Source: a bacterium (GTDB taxonomy: Bacteria > Fidelibacterota > UBA2242). Taken from it: a stretch of DNA of 64,000 nt. Shown piece by piece: positions 9,625-19,790 of this stretch. The notes beneath the pieces are model-generated. The model was not told the DNA's origin. It saw only the letters and a list, made by a program, of their open reading frames with translations, and ran no database searches. The stretch's first letter is position 1. Each line of letters opens with the position of its first letter. The stretch lies in NCBI GenBank assembly GCA_018824205.1, contig JAHJGX010000053.1, positions 15,869-79,868 on the forward strand. Direction: 5' to 3'. The position numbers and the translations under genes are program-made.

Positions 9625-11535
9625 ATGTTTAAAAAGACAAATATTCGCTTCATCATCATTGGAATCGCGTTGCTCCTGGCCGGATATTCATTATTTTGGA
9701 CCATCGCATACAACACTTTCTCCGATGAAAAGATGGAGGCGATGCGCACAGACGGCACAATCGACCAGTTTGAAGAACGGACAATCAGACTTGGCCTGGA
9801 TCTCCAGGGTGGTATGCATGTTGTTCTCGAGTTAAACATACCCAGACTCGTCGAGACACTGGCTTCCAATAAAACTCCCCAGTTCGATGCTCTGCTGGAT
9901 AAATCTACAAAAGAACACCGGGAAACCGGCGAAGATTTCTTTACTGTATTCCGTCGGAATGTCGAGGCCGAAGACTTTAAACTGGTCCGTCATTTTAATG
10001 ACCGAGGTTATAAAAATTCCGAAATCATTGCCGGCCTGCAGGATGAATCCAAAGATGCCATGCAACGTGCCCTTCAGATTATCCGCAATCGGGTTGATCA
10101 GTTTGGCGTTTCCGAACCGACAATTCAGAAAGCCGGCCAAAACCGCATCATCGTTGAACTTGCCGGTATCAAGGATATTGAGCATGCCCGCAACCTGATT
10201 CAAAGCACGGCGTTGCTGGAATTCACTCTTCTTAAAGATCCACAGGTTACACAGTCCTTTATCAGTTCGGTTGACAATTATCTGAAAACCGGCCACCAGG
10301 ATATTGTAAACGTTGAACCTGCCGCAGGGGATACCACGGTTGCGTTAAAAGAATCCAAAGACAAAGCTGTCAGTGTAAATGAACTTCTCGGAATTACCGA
10401 AGCCGACGTCGAGATGGAAAGCGGCGACAACGATACATCCCTTGTTGTAGATGAAGAACTCTTTGCTGAACGGCCATTTTCTTCACTGATGCGGAATATC
10501 CACAACTCAATTGGAGTTCCGGAAAAAAATGTCTATGCAGTTAAAAAAATTCTGGCAGATACCGAAGTCCAGAAACTTCTGCCTTACGATTCAAAATTTC
10601 TTTGGTCGGCAAAACCGGAACGGGTAACAACTGCCGACGGTAAAACCGAAAATTATTACCTGCTCTATCACCTCGAGCGTGAAGCCGGAATCCAGGGTAA
10701 ATATATTACCAAAGCGACCGCCACCATCGGCGGCGCCCAAACCAAAGCTTCCGGTCAGCCGATTGTCAATATTAGCATGAATAATGAAGGCGCCAAAATA
10801 TTCTCCCGCTTAACAGGTTCAAATATCGGTAAATTTCTAGCCATTGTACTGGATGATAAAATCTACATGGCTCCCAGACTCAGTGTTAAAATTCCAAACG
10901 GATCGGCCTATATTGAAGGACTTGAGAGTATGGAAGAAGCCAAAAACCTGGCCATCGTACTCAGAGCCGGTGCATTGCCCGCCCCTGTTGACATTATGGA
11001 AGAGCGTACGATTGGTCCATCACTCGGACGCGATTCTATCAACACCAGTGCTAAGGTCGGTTTAGTCGGATTTTTACTCGTAATCGCATTTATGGCAGTT
11101 TATTATAAAGGCGCCGGTTTATTGGCTGATCTGGCTGTTCTATTAAATTTCATTTTCGTAATGGCTATTCTGGCAACCCTGGGGGCGACCTTATCATTGC
11201 CAGGTATTGCCGGTTTGATTTTGACGGTTGGTATTGCCGTAGATGCCAATGTGCTGATTTTCGAACGAATCCGTGAAGAACTTGAAAGAGGCAAAACCGT
11301 CCGGGCGGCCATCGATGCCGGATACAATCGCGCATTCCGGACTATTTTAGACGCTAATGTCACCACTATGCTGACAGCCCTGATCCTGATGCAGTTCGGC
11401 ACCGGACCGGTCAAGGGTTTTGGGGTTACACTTTTCTGGGGTATTCTTTGCAGTATGTTTACCGCAATTTTTGTGACCCGAACTATCTTTAACTTCCGTA
11501 CTGACCGGAAAATTTTGAAAAAACTAAGTATATAA
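9625..11535 (+). CDS. secD: Protein translocase subunit SecD
   Basis: 636 aa. N-terminal TM, 'LGLDLQGGMHVVLEL', a large periplasmic domain and a C-terminal 6-TM bundle. Followed by secF. Confidence 0.9.
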   Translation: MFKKTNIRFIIIGIALLLAGYSLFWTIAYNTFSDEKMEAMRTDGTIDQFEERTIRLGLDLQGGMHVVLELNIPRLVETLASNKTPQFDALLDKSTKEHRETGEDFFTVFRRNVEAEDFKLVRHFNDRGYKNSEIIAGLQDESKDAMQRALQIIRNRVDQFGVSEPTIQKAGQNRIIVELAGIKDIEHARNLIQSTALLEFTLLKDPQVTQSFISSVDNYLKTGHQDIVNVEPAAGDTTVALKESKDKAVSVNELLGITEADVEMESGDNDTSLVVDEELFAERPFSSLMRNIHNSIGVPEKNVYAVKKILADTEVQKLLPYDSKFLWSAKPERVTTADGKTENYYLLYHLEREAGIQGKYITKATATIGGAQTKASGQPIVNISMNNEGAKIFSRLTGSNIGKFLAIVLDDKIYMAPRLSVKIPNGSAYIEGLESMEEAKNLAIVLRAGALPAPVDIMEERTIGPSLGRDSINTSAKVGLVGFLLVIAFMAVYYKGAGLLADLAVLLNFIFVMAILATLGATLSLPGIAGLILTVGIAVDANVLIFERIREELERGKTVRAAIDAGYNRAFRTILDANVTTMLTALILMQFGTGPVKGFGVTLFWGILCSMFTAIFVTRTIFNFRTDRKILKKLSI

Positions 11536-11550
11536 CTTTGGGAAAATAAA

Positions 11551-12444
11551 ATGAGATTTTTTAAAGAAACCAATATTCAGTTCGTTAAATTCAGTAAAAC
11601 CGCAATTACAATATCCTCTGTCTGTCTGCTGATCGGCCTTGTTTCAATCTTTCTGATCAATGGATTTAACCTGGGCATTGATTTTACCGGCGGCACACTT
11701 GTCCAGGTTCAATTTGACCGGGAAACAACAACCGGCGAGATCCGGGGCGCCCTTACATCTGTCAATCTTCAAAACAGTATCATTCAAAAATCCGCCGGAA
11801 TCAACGAATTTATGATCCGGATTGCTCAGGAAAATGAGGGTGAGAATGTTTCGAGTTTGGTTACGCAAGGTCTCGAAAAAATAAATGACAACGTTTTTGA
11901 AATCCGCCGAACTGAAAAAGTCGGACCCAAAATCGGACAGGAACTTCGGCGCAACACAATCTACGCAATTGTTTTCGCCATACTGGTAATCGGCGTCTAC
12001 ATTTCCATTCGGTTTCAGTTTCGATTTGCCATCGGCGCCGTCGTGGCGTTGATTCACGACGTTCTGTTCACGCTGGGTATTTTTTCACTGGCACATCTGG
12101 AGATATCTTTATCAACCATTGCCGCCTTTTTAACGATTGTGGGCTATTCTCTAAACGATACCATCGTTCTGTATGACCGCGTCAGGGAAGATATGAAAAG
12201 CATGCGTTTTGATCCGATCGAAACCATTATCAATAAGAGTATCAACGAAACACTAAGCCGGACGATTATTACATCGCTGACGACGTTTTTCGTTGTATTT
12301 GTGTTGATTTTTGCAACCGGCGAAGTTCGGGTGTTCGCAATCGCCATGATGATCGGCGTTGTCGTCGGTACCTATTCGTCCATTTACGTCGCCGGGCCGG
12401 TCGTTATCGCCTGGCAAAATAAATTCAATGCAAAAAAGAAATAA
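11551..12444 (+). CDS. secF: Protein translocase subunit SecF
   Basis: 297 aa. 'FNLGIDFTGGT' and a C-terminal TM bundle typical of SecF. Immediately downstream of secD. Confidence 0.9.
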   Translation: MRFFKETNIQFVKFSKTAITISSVCLLIGLVSIFLINGFNLGIDFTGGTLVQVQFDRETTTGEIRGALTSVNLQNSIIQKSAGINEFMIRIAQENEGENVSSLVTQGLEKINDNVFEIRRTEKVGPKIGQELRRNTIYAIVFAILVIGVYISIRFQFRFAIGAVVALIHDVLFTLGIFSLAHLEISLSTIAAFLTIVGYSLNDTIVLYDRVREDMKSMRFDPIETIINKSINETLSRTIITSLTTFFVVFVLIFATGEVRVFAIAMMIGVVVGTYSSIYVAGPVVIAWQNKFNAKKK

Positions 12445-12469
12445 TTTTTGATCTTATAGAACCTAAGAA

Positions 12470-12500
12470 ATGCCTCTGCATCAGGGGCATTTTATATTTT
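12470..12500 (+). terminator. Rho-independent terminator after secF
   Basis: 9-bp stem AUGCCUCUG/CAGGGGCAU with one G-U wobble, a short loop and the tract TTTATATTTT. It is followed by a GGAGGA ribosome-binding site and the purA ATG at 12512. Confidence 0.5.
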
Positions 12501-12511
12501 GGAGGAAAGCT

Positions 12512-13762
12512 ATGCCTGTCACTGCCGTGCTGGGCGCTCAGTGGGGCGACGAAGGAAAAGGGAAAATTGTCGATAATCTCAGTGAAAATGCCGACGTCGT
12601 CGCGCGGTTTCAGGGCGGCGCAAATGCCGGCCACACCATCAACGTAAAAGGTAAAGAAACGATTCTTCACCAATTGCCCAGCGGAATTCTTCATGAAAAA
12701 GCGGAATGTATTATGGGCAACGGCATGGTAATTGACCCGGTGGGGATGGTTGATGAATTGAATTATCTTCGCAGCGAAGGCATCGATACCGGCAATCGTA
12801 TTCATGTTTCACTCCAGGCTCATGTGGTAACGCCGCTGCACAAACTCCTGGATTCAAAATCAGAAACAGCTTTGGGAAAAGATGCTATTGGAACCACAAA
12901 GCGAGGGATTGGTCCCTGCTACTCTGACAAGATCAATCGCAGCGGCATCCAAATCCGGGATCTTAAATCAATCAACCATGTAAAAGATATAATCAACCAC
13001 AAAATTGACGCTTACCTGCAAAAAGGGTTGCTGTGTCAGGACGAAATTGATGCCATTACTACTGATCTTGAAACGTTTTACAACTGTGTCCCCGAAGTCT
13101 ATGCCTGCGCTGCCGATACATCGTTGTTAATGTACGGTTATATAAAAAATGGTTTGGCACTGTTAATCGAAGGCGCTCAGGGATCTCTGCTGGACGTTGA
13201 CTTCGGATCCTATCCCTTTGTGACCTCTTCCAATACCACCGCCGGAAATATTGCTACCGGGCTGGGAATCGGACCGACCAATATTGACAGGATTATTGGC
13301 GTATATAAGAGCTACACAACCCGGGTTGGGGCCGGACCATTTCCAACAGAACAGATTAATGAAACCGGTGATTATCTCCAGCAGGCTGGCGGTGAAATTG
13401 GCGCAACCACAAAACGAAAACGCCGCTGCGGCTGGTTTGACGCTACCATCGGAGCCTATACCGCCCGGATAAACGGCTTTACATCGATTGCCATTACCAA
13501 ACTCGATGTACTCGATTACATGGAAGAAATTCAAATCTGCACCCATTATCAAAGCGGCAGTTTTCCCGGTATTGATCTCCAATCGGCGGTTCCGCAATAC
13601 ATTCGTATGAAGGGGTGGCGTCAGGATACCAGCTCCGCCCGAACATTTGACAACTTACCGATTGAAGCTCAGGCCTACGTCAGAAAAATTGAAGAACTCC
13701 TGGACGCCCCGCTTGAGTATGTTTCTGTGGGCAAAGAACGCGAACAGTTGATCCATTTATAA
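12512..13762 (+). CDS. purA: Adenylosuccinate synthetase
   Basis: 'AVLGAQWGDEGKGKIVD' P-loop and 'GIGPCYSDK', 'TTKRKRRCGWFD' motifs. Start at the ATG after the GGAGGA site. The track start at 12470 would include the terminator hairpin. Confidence 0.9.
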   Translation: MPVTAVLGAQWGDEGKGKIVDNLSENADVVARFQGGANAGHTINVKGKETILHQLPSGILHEKAECIMGNGMVIDPVGMVDELNYLRSEGIDTGNRIHVSLQAHVVTPLHKLLDSKSETALGKDAIGTTKRGIGPCYSDKINRSGIQIRDLKSINHVKDIINHKIDAYLQKGLLCQDEIDAITTDLETFYNCVPEVYACAADTSLLMYGYIKNGLALLIEGAQGSLLDVDFGSYPFVTSSNTTAGNIATGLGIGPTNIDRIIGVYKSYTTRVGAGPFPTEQINETGDYLQQAGGEIGATTKRKRRCGWFDATIGAYTARINGFTSIAITKLDVLDYMEEIQICTHYQSGSFPGIDLQSAVPQYIRMKGWRQDTSSARTFDNLPIEAQAYVRKIEELLDAPLEYVSVGKEREQLIHL

Positions 13763-14022
13763 ACCGGATATTTTTGGTTAAATAGGCAGATTTCAGATTA
13801 TCGCTTTCGGTACCGACTAAAGATGTTCCTGATTTTTATTGATTTGGGACAGTTTTTTTAATAAATTACGGCTTCGTTTTATGATAATTAAATAATTAAT
13901 GAAAAACACAAAAATATCTGTCCGGTTGATATTTGGCAGACAACTATATTTATCTCCAGTTACAATCATTACCAAGCTGAATTGCCGGACAAAATCATCT
14001 AATATTTATCCTGTGAAAAACA

Positions 14023-15039
14023 TTGCGTTCTGAATATTCCGACCCTCAAAAATTAATTGACGATGTGGAAGTCGAACAAAGCGTTCGGCCGTCTGCCTTT
14101 TCTGAATTTATCGGCCAGCATAAAGTTGTAGAAAATCTGAAGCTGTATATCCGGGCTGCCCGGGAGCGGGGCGAAGCACTGGACCATGTACTTTTGTTCG
14201 GACCTCCAGGATTGGGCAAAACGACGCTGGCCAATATTGTTGCCAAAGAACTGAATGTCAACATCAGGACAAGCTCCGGACCCGTCATCGAGCGCGCCGG
14301 AGATCTGGCCGGCATGCTGACCAACCTGCAGCACGGCGATGTTTTTTTCATTGATGAAATTCATCGTTTGAATAACGTTGTGGAAGAATATTTGTATTCC
14401 GCCATGGAAGATTACAATATCGACATTGTGATTGACAAAGGTCCCAGCGCCCGATCCATCCAACTCAACCTTGAACCATTCACGCTTATCGGCGCCACCA
14501 CCCGCCTGGGCCATTTAACGTCCCCGATGCGGGATCGGTTTGGCGTTGTTCTCCGTCTGGACTACTATACAAACGAAGACCTTTTCAATATTCTGAAACG
14601 GACAGCTAAAATCCTCAATATCGAATTAATCACAGCCGGAGCCCGGGAAATCGCCAAGCGGGCCAGGGGAACACCCCGAATCGCCAATCGCATCCTGCGG
14701 CGGGCCCGTGATTATGCCCAGATTAAGGCTACCGGAATTATTGACCAGGAAGTCGCCCGGCAGTCGTTAAAGCTGCTCGATATCGATGAGCGCGGACTTG
14801 ACGCTATGGACCGCGCCATCTTGTTAACTATTATTGAAAAATTCACGGGCGGCCCGGTTGGCCTGAACAGTCTGGCTGTCGCGGTCGGTGAAGATGCCGA
14901 AACCATTGAAGATGTCTATGAGCCCTATTTGATCCAAAACGGTCTGTTGCAACGGACTGCACGCGGCAGGCAGGCAACACCGGAAACCTATAAATATTTC
15001 GGGCTGAAGATGACATCCGATCAACCATCACTATTTTAA
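14023..15039 (+). CDS. ruvB: Holliday junction branch migration helicase RuvB
   Basis: '[16 protein letters not shown]', Walker A '[14 protein letters not shown]', 'FIDEIHRL'. TTG start proposed; the exact start is uncertain. Confidence 0.9.
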   Translation: MRSEYSDPQKLIDDVEVEQSVRPSAFSEFIGQHKVVENLKLYIRAARERGEALDHVLLFGPPGLGKTTLANIVAKELNVNIRTSSGPVIERAGDLAGMLTNLQHGDVFFIDEIHRLNNVVEEYLYSAMEDYNIDIVIDKGPSARSIQLNLEPFTLIGATTRLGHLTSPMRDRFGVVLRLDYYTNEDLFNILKRTAKILNIELITAGAREIAKRARGTPRIANRILRRARDYAQIKATGIIDQEVARQSLKLLDIDERGLDAMDRAILLTIIEKFTGGPVGLNSLAVAVGEDAETIEDVYEPYLIQNGLLQRTARGRQATPETYKYFGLKMTSDQPSLF

Positions 15040-15054
15040 TAAAGGAGATTATTC

Positions 15055-16089
15055 ATGAGATTATCTGATTTTGATTATGAATTACCAGAAGAATTAATTG
15101 CCAAATATCCGATTGAAAAACGCGATCATTCCAAATTAATGGTAATTAACCGTAAAGACGAAAGCATCCAGCATAAACACTTCTATGATTTACCTGATTA
15201 TCTGAATCCCGGCGACCTGCTCATTGTCAATGAAACCATGGTCTATCCGGCCCGGCTCTGGGCAATCAAAGATCGTACAGAGGCAAAAGTCGAAGTTTTT
15301 TTACTGCGGGAGCTGGAAAACAACCTTTGGGAAGTTATGGTCAAGCCTGCCCGCAAAGTGCGGATCGGCAACAAGCTGACCGTCGCTGAGGGCGTTCAGT
15401 GTGATGTTATTGACAACACCGTATCCGGCGGTCGCGTTGTCCGGTTTAATAATATCTCTCAACAGGATCTTTATGCGCTGATTGACAAAATCGGCCAGTC
15501 TCCCTTACCCCCCTATATCGACCGTGAACCGACTCCGGTTGATAAAATCAAATACCAGACCGTCTATGCTAAACGTCGCGGCGCCGTGGCAGCTCCCACT
15601 GCCGGCCTGCATTTTACGAAAGACCTGATTGATAAAATCAAGGCCAAGGGTGTGAAAATCCGTCCTGTAGTTCTACATATCGGCCTTGGTACATTTCGCC
15701 CGGTAACCGTTGAAGATTTGTCCCGGCACAGAATGGACTCCGAATACTATGAAGTCTCAGCCGAAACCGCCATTGCCATTAACGAGACTAAAGCCAAGAA
15801 CAAACGGGTAATTGCTGTCGGAACCTCCGTCGTTCGAGCCCTGGAAACTGTAACCGTATCCGGTTTTCAGGTCAGCCCGCGAAAAGGCTGGACCGATAAA
15901 TTTATCCATCCGCCCTATGATTTTAAAATGGTCGATATACTAATTACCAATTTTCACCAGCCAAAATCCACCCTGATTATGCAGGTTGCCGCATTCGCCA
16001 GTCTTGATCTGGTTTTAAAAGCCTATAATGAAGCGACTAAAAAGAAATATCACTTTTTCAGTTATGGCGACGCAATGGTAATCCTATAG
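15055..16089 (+). CDS. queA: S-adenosylmethionine:tRNA ribosyltransferase-isomerase
   Basis: 'MRLSDFDYELPEELIAKYP', 'AAPTAGLHFT', 'AVGTSVVRALE'. Confidence 0.9.
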   Translation: MRLSDFDYELPEELIAKYPIEKRDHSKLMVINRKDESIQHKHFYDLPDYLNPGDLLIVNETMVYPARLWAIKDRTEAKVEVFLLRELENNLWEVMVKPARKVRIGNKLTVAEGVQCDVIDNTVSGGRVVRFNNISQQDLYALIDKIGQSPLPPYIDREPTPVDKIKYQTVYAKRRGAVAAPTAGLHFTKDLIDKIKAKGVKIRPVVLHIGLGTFRPVTVEDLSRHRMDSEYYEVSAETAIAINETKAKNKRVIAVGTSVVRALETVTVSGFQVSPRKGWTDKFIHPPYDFKMVDILITNFHQPKSTLIMQVAAFASLDLVLKAYNEATKKKYHFFSYGDAMVIL

Positions 16090-16098
16090 AAAATTCCT

Positions 16099-16791
16099 TT
16101 GAAAACAGTCAGCGTAATCATCGTAGCGGCCGGGAGCGGAACCCGGATGAATTCAAGCACACCCAAACAGTTTCTGAATTTGGGGAACCACACCGTTTTA
16201 TTCCATTCCATTCAGCGCTTTTTAACACTGCCATCCATAATTGAGATCATCGTTATTAGTCCACATAATTACCTTAATTCCACGCTTCTGCAGGATTCTA
16301 TTCCAACATCAACATCTATTCCCATTACCATAATTGCCGGGGGCAACCAGCGCCAGGAATCGGTGTTGAACGGTTTAAATGCCGTAAGCGCTGATGCTTC
16401 AATCGTCTGCATTCATGATGGCGTCAGACCACTTATTCGGCCAAAATTAATTCAAAAAAGCATCGATCTTTGTGAGAAATATGACGGTGCAATTATTGCG
16501 GCCAGATCGATCAATACCCTGAAAGAGGTGTCCGGCGGAACCATCATTCGCACCCTTGACCGGAACACAATCTGGCAGGCGCAGACCCCGCAGACGTTTC
16601 GGAAAACAGTGATTAAAAAAGCCTATGAGTATGCTTTGGAAAATAAACATAACGCAACGGATGATGCCGGTTTAGTCGAAGCGATTGGTGGTAATGTTGC
16701 AGTTGTGGAAAGCACTTCGTGGAATATTAAAATCACCGGTCCCGATGATTTATTAATCGCTCAAACCCTGCTTGAAAAGGAAACGCCATGA
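16099..16791 (+). CDS. ispD: 2-C-methyl-D-erythritol 4-phosphate cytidylyltransferase
   Basis: TTG start. 'VIIVAAGSGTRM' signature, 230 aa. Confidence 0.85.
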   Translation: MKTVSVIIVAAGSGTRMNSSTPKQFLNLGNHTVLFHSIQRFLTLPSIIEIIVISPHNYLNSTLLQDSIPTSTSIPITIIAGGNQRQESVLNGLNAVSADASIVCIHDGVRPLIRPKLIQKSIDLCEKYDGAIIAARSINTLKEVSGGTIIRTLDRNTIWQAQTPQTFRKTVIKKAYEYALENKHNATDDAGLVEAIGGNVAVVESTSWNIKITGPDDLLIAQTLLEKETP

Positions 16792-17273
16792 AAAGGTTTA
16801 ATATACGTGTTGGTCACGGAATAGACGCTCATGCCTTCGCTGGTGGCCGCCCGTTAATTCTCGGAGGAGTTGGTATCCCCTTTGAAAAAGGACTGATGGG
16901 TCACTCCGATGCCGATGTCGTTATACATGCCATATTGGATGCCTTGCTTGGGGCGGCAGGCCTCGGGGATATCGGGTCACATTTCCCCGACACCGACCCG
17001 CAATACGCCAATATATCCAGTAAAATCCTGCTCGAAAAAGTCGTCGCTCTGATTGAAGATAAACACTATTATATCGGCAACATCGACATAACCGTGATCG
17101 CCCAGAAACCCAAAATCAATCCATATATTGCAGAAATGCGAAATGCCTTAGCGCCTTTGCTTAAAATCCCCGGTGAGGCTATATCAATTAAAGCGACCAC
17201 TACGGAAAAAATGGGTTTCACCGGTCGTGAAGAAGGCATCGCAGTTTTTGCTACTGCGTTGATCGGATTCTGA
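16788..17273 (+). CDS. ispF: 2-C-methyl-D-erythritol 2,4-cyclodiphosphate synthase
   Basis: 'RVGHGIDAHAF', 'HSDADVVIHA', 'GDIGSHFPDTD'. Overlaps ispD by 4 nt. Confidence 0.9.
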   Translation: MKRFNIRVGHGIDAHAFAGGRPLILGGVGIPFEKGLMGHSDADVVIHAILDALLGAAGLGDIGSHFPDTDPQYANISSKILLEKVVALIEDKHYYIGNIDITVIAQKPKINPYIAEMRNALAPLLKIPGEAISIKATTTEKMGFTGREEGIAVFATALIGF

Positions 17274-17884
17274 TGGATACATTTCTGGCTAGTCTTCTAT
17301 CACAAAATCTCCTTTTTGTTTATACTGTCCTGTTTATATTGATATTTTTAGAAAATACCGTTCCTTTTGTCCCGGGAGATGCCGTGTTAATCTTTTTAGC
17401 ATACCTGGGCGGACGAGGTACTCTATATCCCGTACCGACATTTCTAATAACGGTCTTAGGGTCTCTTGCCGGATTTACAGTTGTGTTTTTACTGAGTCGA
17501 CACTGGGGACGGGATTTATATAAAAAATTGCCCTTTCGGGTTTCCCTGGAGAAAACCAAAAAATATAAAACCCTTTTCCAGCGGCATGAAAACTGGTCAC
17601 TTATTATCGGTCGAATTGTCCCGGGCAGTCGCTTGTTTCTGTCCGCAGCCGCCGGATTTATGGATATTTCCATTACAAAATCAGTAATCCTAACAAGCTT
17701 CGGTATACTTATTTGGAACAGTCTGATCTTTCGTTCCGGAATGCTTCTGGGCGAACACTGGGAGATTATTAAAAAAGCACTCGCCCAATACTCCACTATT
17801 GTGAATGCCGTATTGATCATCATGATACTGGGAGTTATTGCCTGGAAAATATATCTGCCTATTCTTCGAAAAAAACATGTGTAA
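17273..17884 (+). CDS. DedA/SNARE-associated family membrane protein
   Basis: 203 aa and polytopic. 'ENTVPFVPGDAVLIFLAY' is the DedA signature. It sits between ispF and ispE. Confidence 0.7.
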   Translation: MDTFLASLLSQNLLFVYTVLFILIFLENTVPFVPGDAVLIFLAYLGGRGTLYPVPTFLITVLGSLAGFTVVFLLSRHWGRDLYKKLPFRVSLEKTKKYKTLFQRHENWSLIIGRIVPGSRLFLSAAAGFMDISITKSVILTSFGILIWNSLIFRSGMLLGEHWEIIKKALAQYSTIVNAVLIIMILGVIAWKIYLPILRKKHV

Positions 17885-18716
17885 TCCGTCCTATTCTGTT
17901 GAGTCAAATGCAAAAGTTAACCTCTGCCTGAGAATTACCGACAGGTTAGAAAACGGATATCATTCCATAAGTTCACTTTTCCAGGAAATCGACTTGCACG
18001 ACACATTGACATTCAGTGAAGCAGATGTTTTCTCATTATCCTGCAATAACGATAAAATCCCCTGTGATTCGCGTAACCTGTGCAGTATCGCCTACCAAAA
18101 AATGAAATCTCTGGCCCCGGATTCCGGTGATTGGCATATCCAATTGCATAAACAAATTCCGGTTGGCGCCGGTCTCGGTGGCGGTAGTTCAAATGCCGCA
18201 ACCGTTTTAAAATTTCTCAACACGCACTGGAATATCAAGATGTCTCTATCAGAACTGGTTCGAATAGCCAGTCAAATTGGAGCCGATGTGGCGTTTTATC
18301 TACATGGAGGAACCCAACTGGCCGAAGGGATCGGCGATATTTTAACGCCATTAAATCTGCCGGAGACCTTTACACTTCTGCTGATTTGCCCGCCAATTCA
18401 TATATCAACTCCTTGGGCTTATCAACAATTCAACTTGACAAAGCGAAAAACTGGGTATAAATTTCGGGACCTATTTGAATCCTGTAGGATTCACTGGGAG
18501 TTGTTTGAAAACCAATTTGAATCTGTTGTTTTTCCAGCATATCCAGAAATCGGCGCCATCAAATCCCGCCTCCATCAAGCGGGAGCTATTTATGCCGGTT
18601 TGTCGGGAAGCGGTTCGACTGTGTTTGGAACATTTAAAAACAGGCATGATGCAGAAAATGCTCAAAAATTGTTCATAAACGACACTGGTTTCATTTCTCT
18701 TCCCATTATTCAATAG
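17877..18716 (+). CDS. ispE: 4-diphosphocytidyl-2-C-methyl-D-erythritol kinase
   Basis: 'NAKVNLCLRI', 'PVGAGLGGGSSNAA'. Start chosen at the internal ATG at 17877; the track start at 17838 overlaps dedA by 47 nt. Confidence 0.85.
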   Translation: MCNPSYSVESNAKVNLCLRITDRLENGYHSISSLFQEIDLHDTLTFSEADVFSLSCNNDKIPCDSRNLCSIAYQKMKSLAPDSGDWHIQLHKQIPVGAGLGGGSSNAATVLKFLNTHWNIKMSLSELVRIASQIGADVAFYLHGGTQLAEGIGDILTPLNLPETFTLLLICPPIHISTPWAYQQFNLTKRKTGYKFRDLFESCRIHWELFENQFESVVFPAYPEIGAIKSRLHQAGAIYAGLSGSGSTVFGTFKNRHDAENAQKLFINDTGFISLPIIQ

Positions 18717-18734
18717 AAAAACAACTTAATAAAT

Positions 18735-18805
18735 TCGGGGATCGTCCAACGGCAGGACTGCGGCCTTTGGAGCCGTCAATCTTGGTTCGAATCCAAGTCC
18801 CCGAG
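18735..18805 (+). tRNA. tRNA-Gln (anticodon UUG)
   Basis: Cloverleaf read by hand. Acceptor stem TCGGGGA/TCCCCGA with discriminator G. D-arm GTCC...GGAC. Anticodon stem GCGGC/GCCGT with loop CTTTGGA. T-arm CTTGG-TTCGAAT-CCAAG. No encoded CCA. Confidence 0.75.
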
Positions 18806-18830
18806 CAAGTTTATATTTTGAGAAGGAGTT

Positions 18831-19772
18831 ATGGACATAAACGCACGAGTATTTTCAGGACGGGGAAATCCCAATCTGACCCGGGAAATTAACGAAATCC
18901 TGGGCCTAACCCCGGGTAAAATATCCATCAGTAATTTCAGTGACGGTGAAATTTGGTTACGTTTCGAAGAAAATATCCGTGGTGCCGATGTATTTATCGT
19001 CCAGCCCACCAATCCTCCCGCAGAAAATATTCTTGAACTATTATTGATTCTGGACGCCGCCCGGCGCGCTTCTGCCAAACGGATAACGGCTGTCATTCCC
19101 TATTACGGTTATGCCCGCCAGGACCGCAAAGACCAGCCCCGGGTGCCCATCTCTTCCCGCCTGATTATGGATGAAATTGTCAACGCCGGCGCTGATCGGA
19201 TAGTCGCTATGGACCTTCATTCATCGCAGATTCAGGGGTTTGTAAATATCCCTTTCGACCATCTCTATGCAAAAACAATTTTTATTGAACCCCTGAAAAA
19301 GTTAATCGCGGGGAAAGAATACACCATCGTTGTTCCCGACGTGGGGGGAATTAAATTTGCCCGTTCCTACGCCCAGATTCTCGGTTTGCCTCTGACAATT
19401 ATTGATAAACGCCGTCCACAACCCAATAAAGCCGAAGTCATGAATATTATCGGTGAGGGCCATCTGGAACACGTCCTGCTGATAGACGATATGATTGATA
19501 CCGGCGGCACAATCGTACAGGCCGCCGAACTATTAAAAAACAACGGCGCCAAAACGATTACCGTCGCTGCAACTCACGGTTTGTTTTCGGGAGACTGTAT
19601 TCGTCGTTTGACAGAATCGCCTGTGGACCAAATAATCGTCACCAACAGTCTATCTATCCCGGAAGAACGAATGTTTCCGAAACTCGAAATTGTTTCTGCT
19701 TCGCCGATGTTTGCAGAGGCAATTAAACGTATACATTATGAAGAATCTATCAGTTCACTTTTTGATTTTTAA
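18831..19772 (+). CDS. prs: Ribose-phosphate pyrophosphokinase
   Basis: 'DLHSSQIQGFV', 'VVPDVGG' and the 'IDDMIDTGGT' PRPP-binding loop. Confidence 0.9.
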   Translation: MDINARVFSGRGNPNLTREINEILGLTPGKISISNFSDGEIWLRFEENIRGADVFIVQPTNPPAENILELLLILDAARRASAKRITAVIPYYGYARQDRKDQPRVPISSRLIMDEIVNAGADRIVAMDLHSSQIQGFVNIPFDHLYAKTIFIEPLKKLIAGKEYTIVVPDVGGIKFARSYAQILGLPLTIIDKRRPQPNKAEVMNIIGEGHLEHVLLIDDMIDTGGTIVQAAELLKNNGAKTITVAATHGLFSGDCIRRLTESPVDQIIVTNSLSIPEERMFPKLEIVSASPMFAEAIKRIHYEESISSLFDF

Positions 19773-19790
19773 ACCATAAAGGAGATTTGA

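Noticed and set aside
11103-11573. 156-aa minus-strand ORF
   Set aside because: Antisense to the secD 3' end and the secF start. No motifs.
12470-12511. Track start of purA 14 codons upstream
   Set aside because: That stretch forms the secF terminator hairpin followed by GGAGGA. The conserved PurA N-terminus begins at the ATG at 12512.
17320-17913. 197-aa minus-strand ORF
   Set aside because: Antisense to the dedA and ispE genes. Arg-rich and low-complexity.
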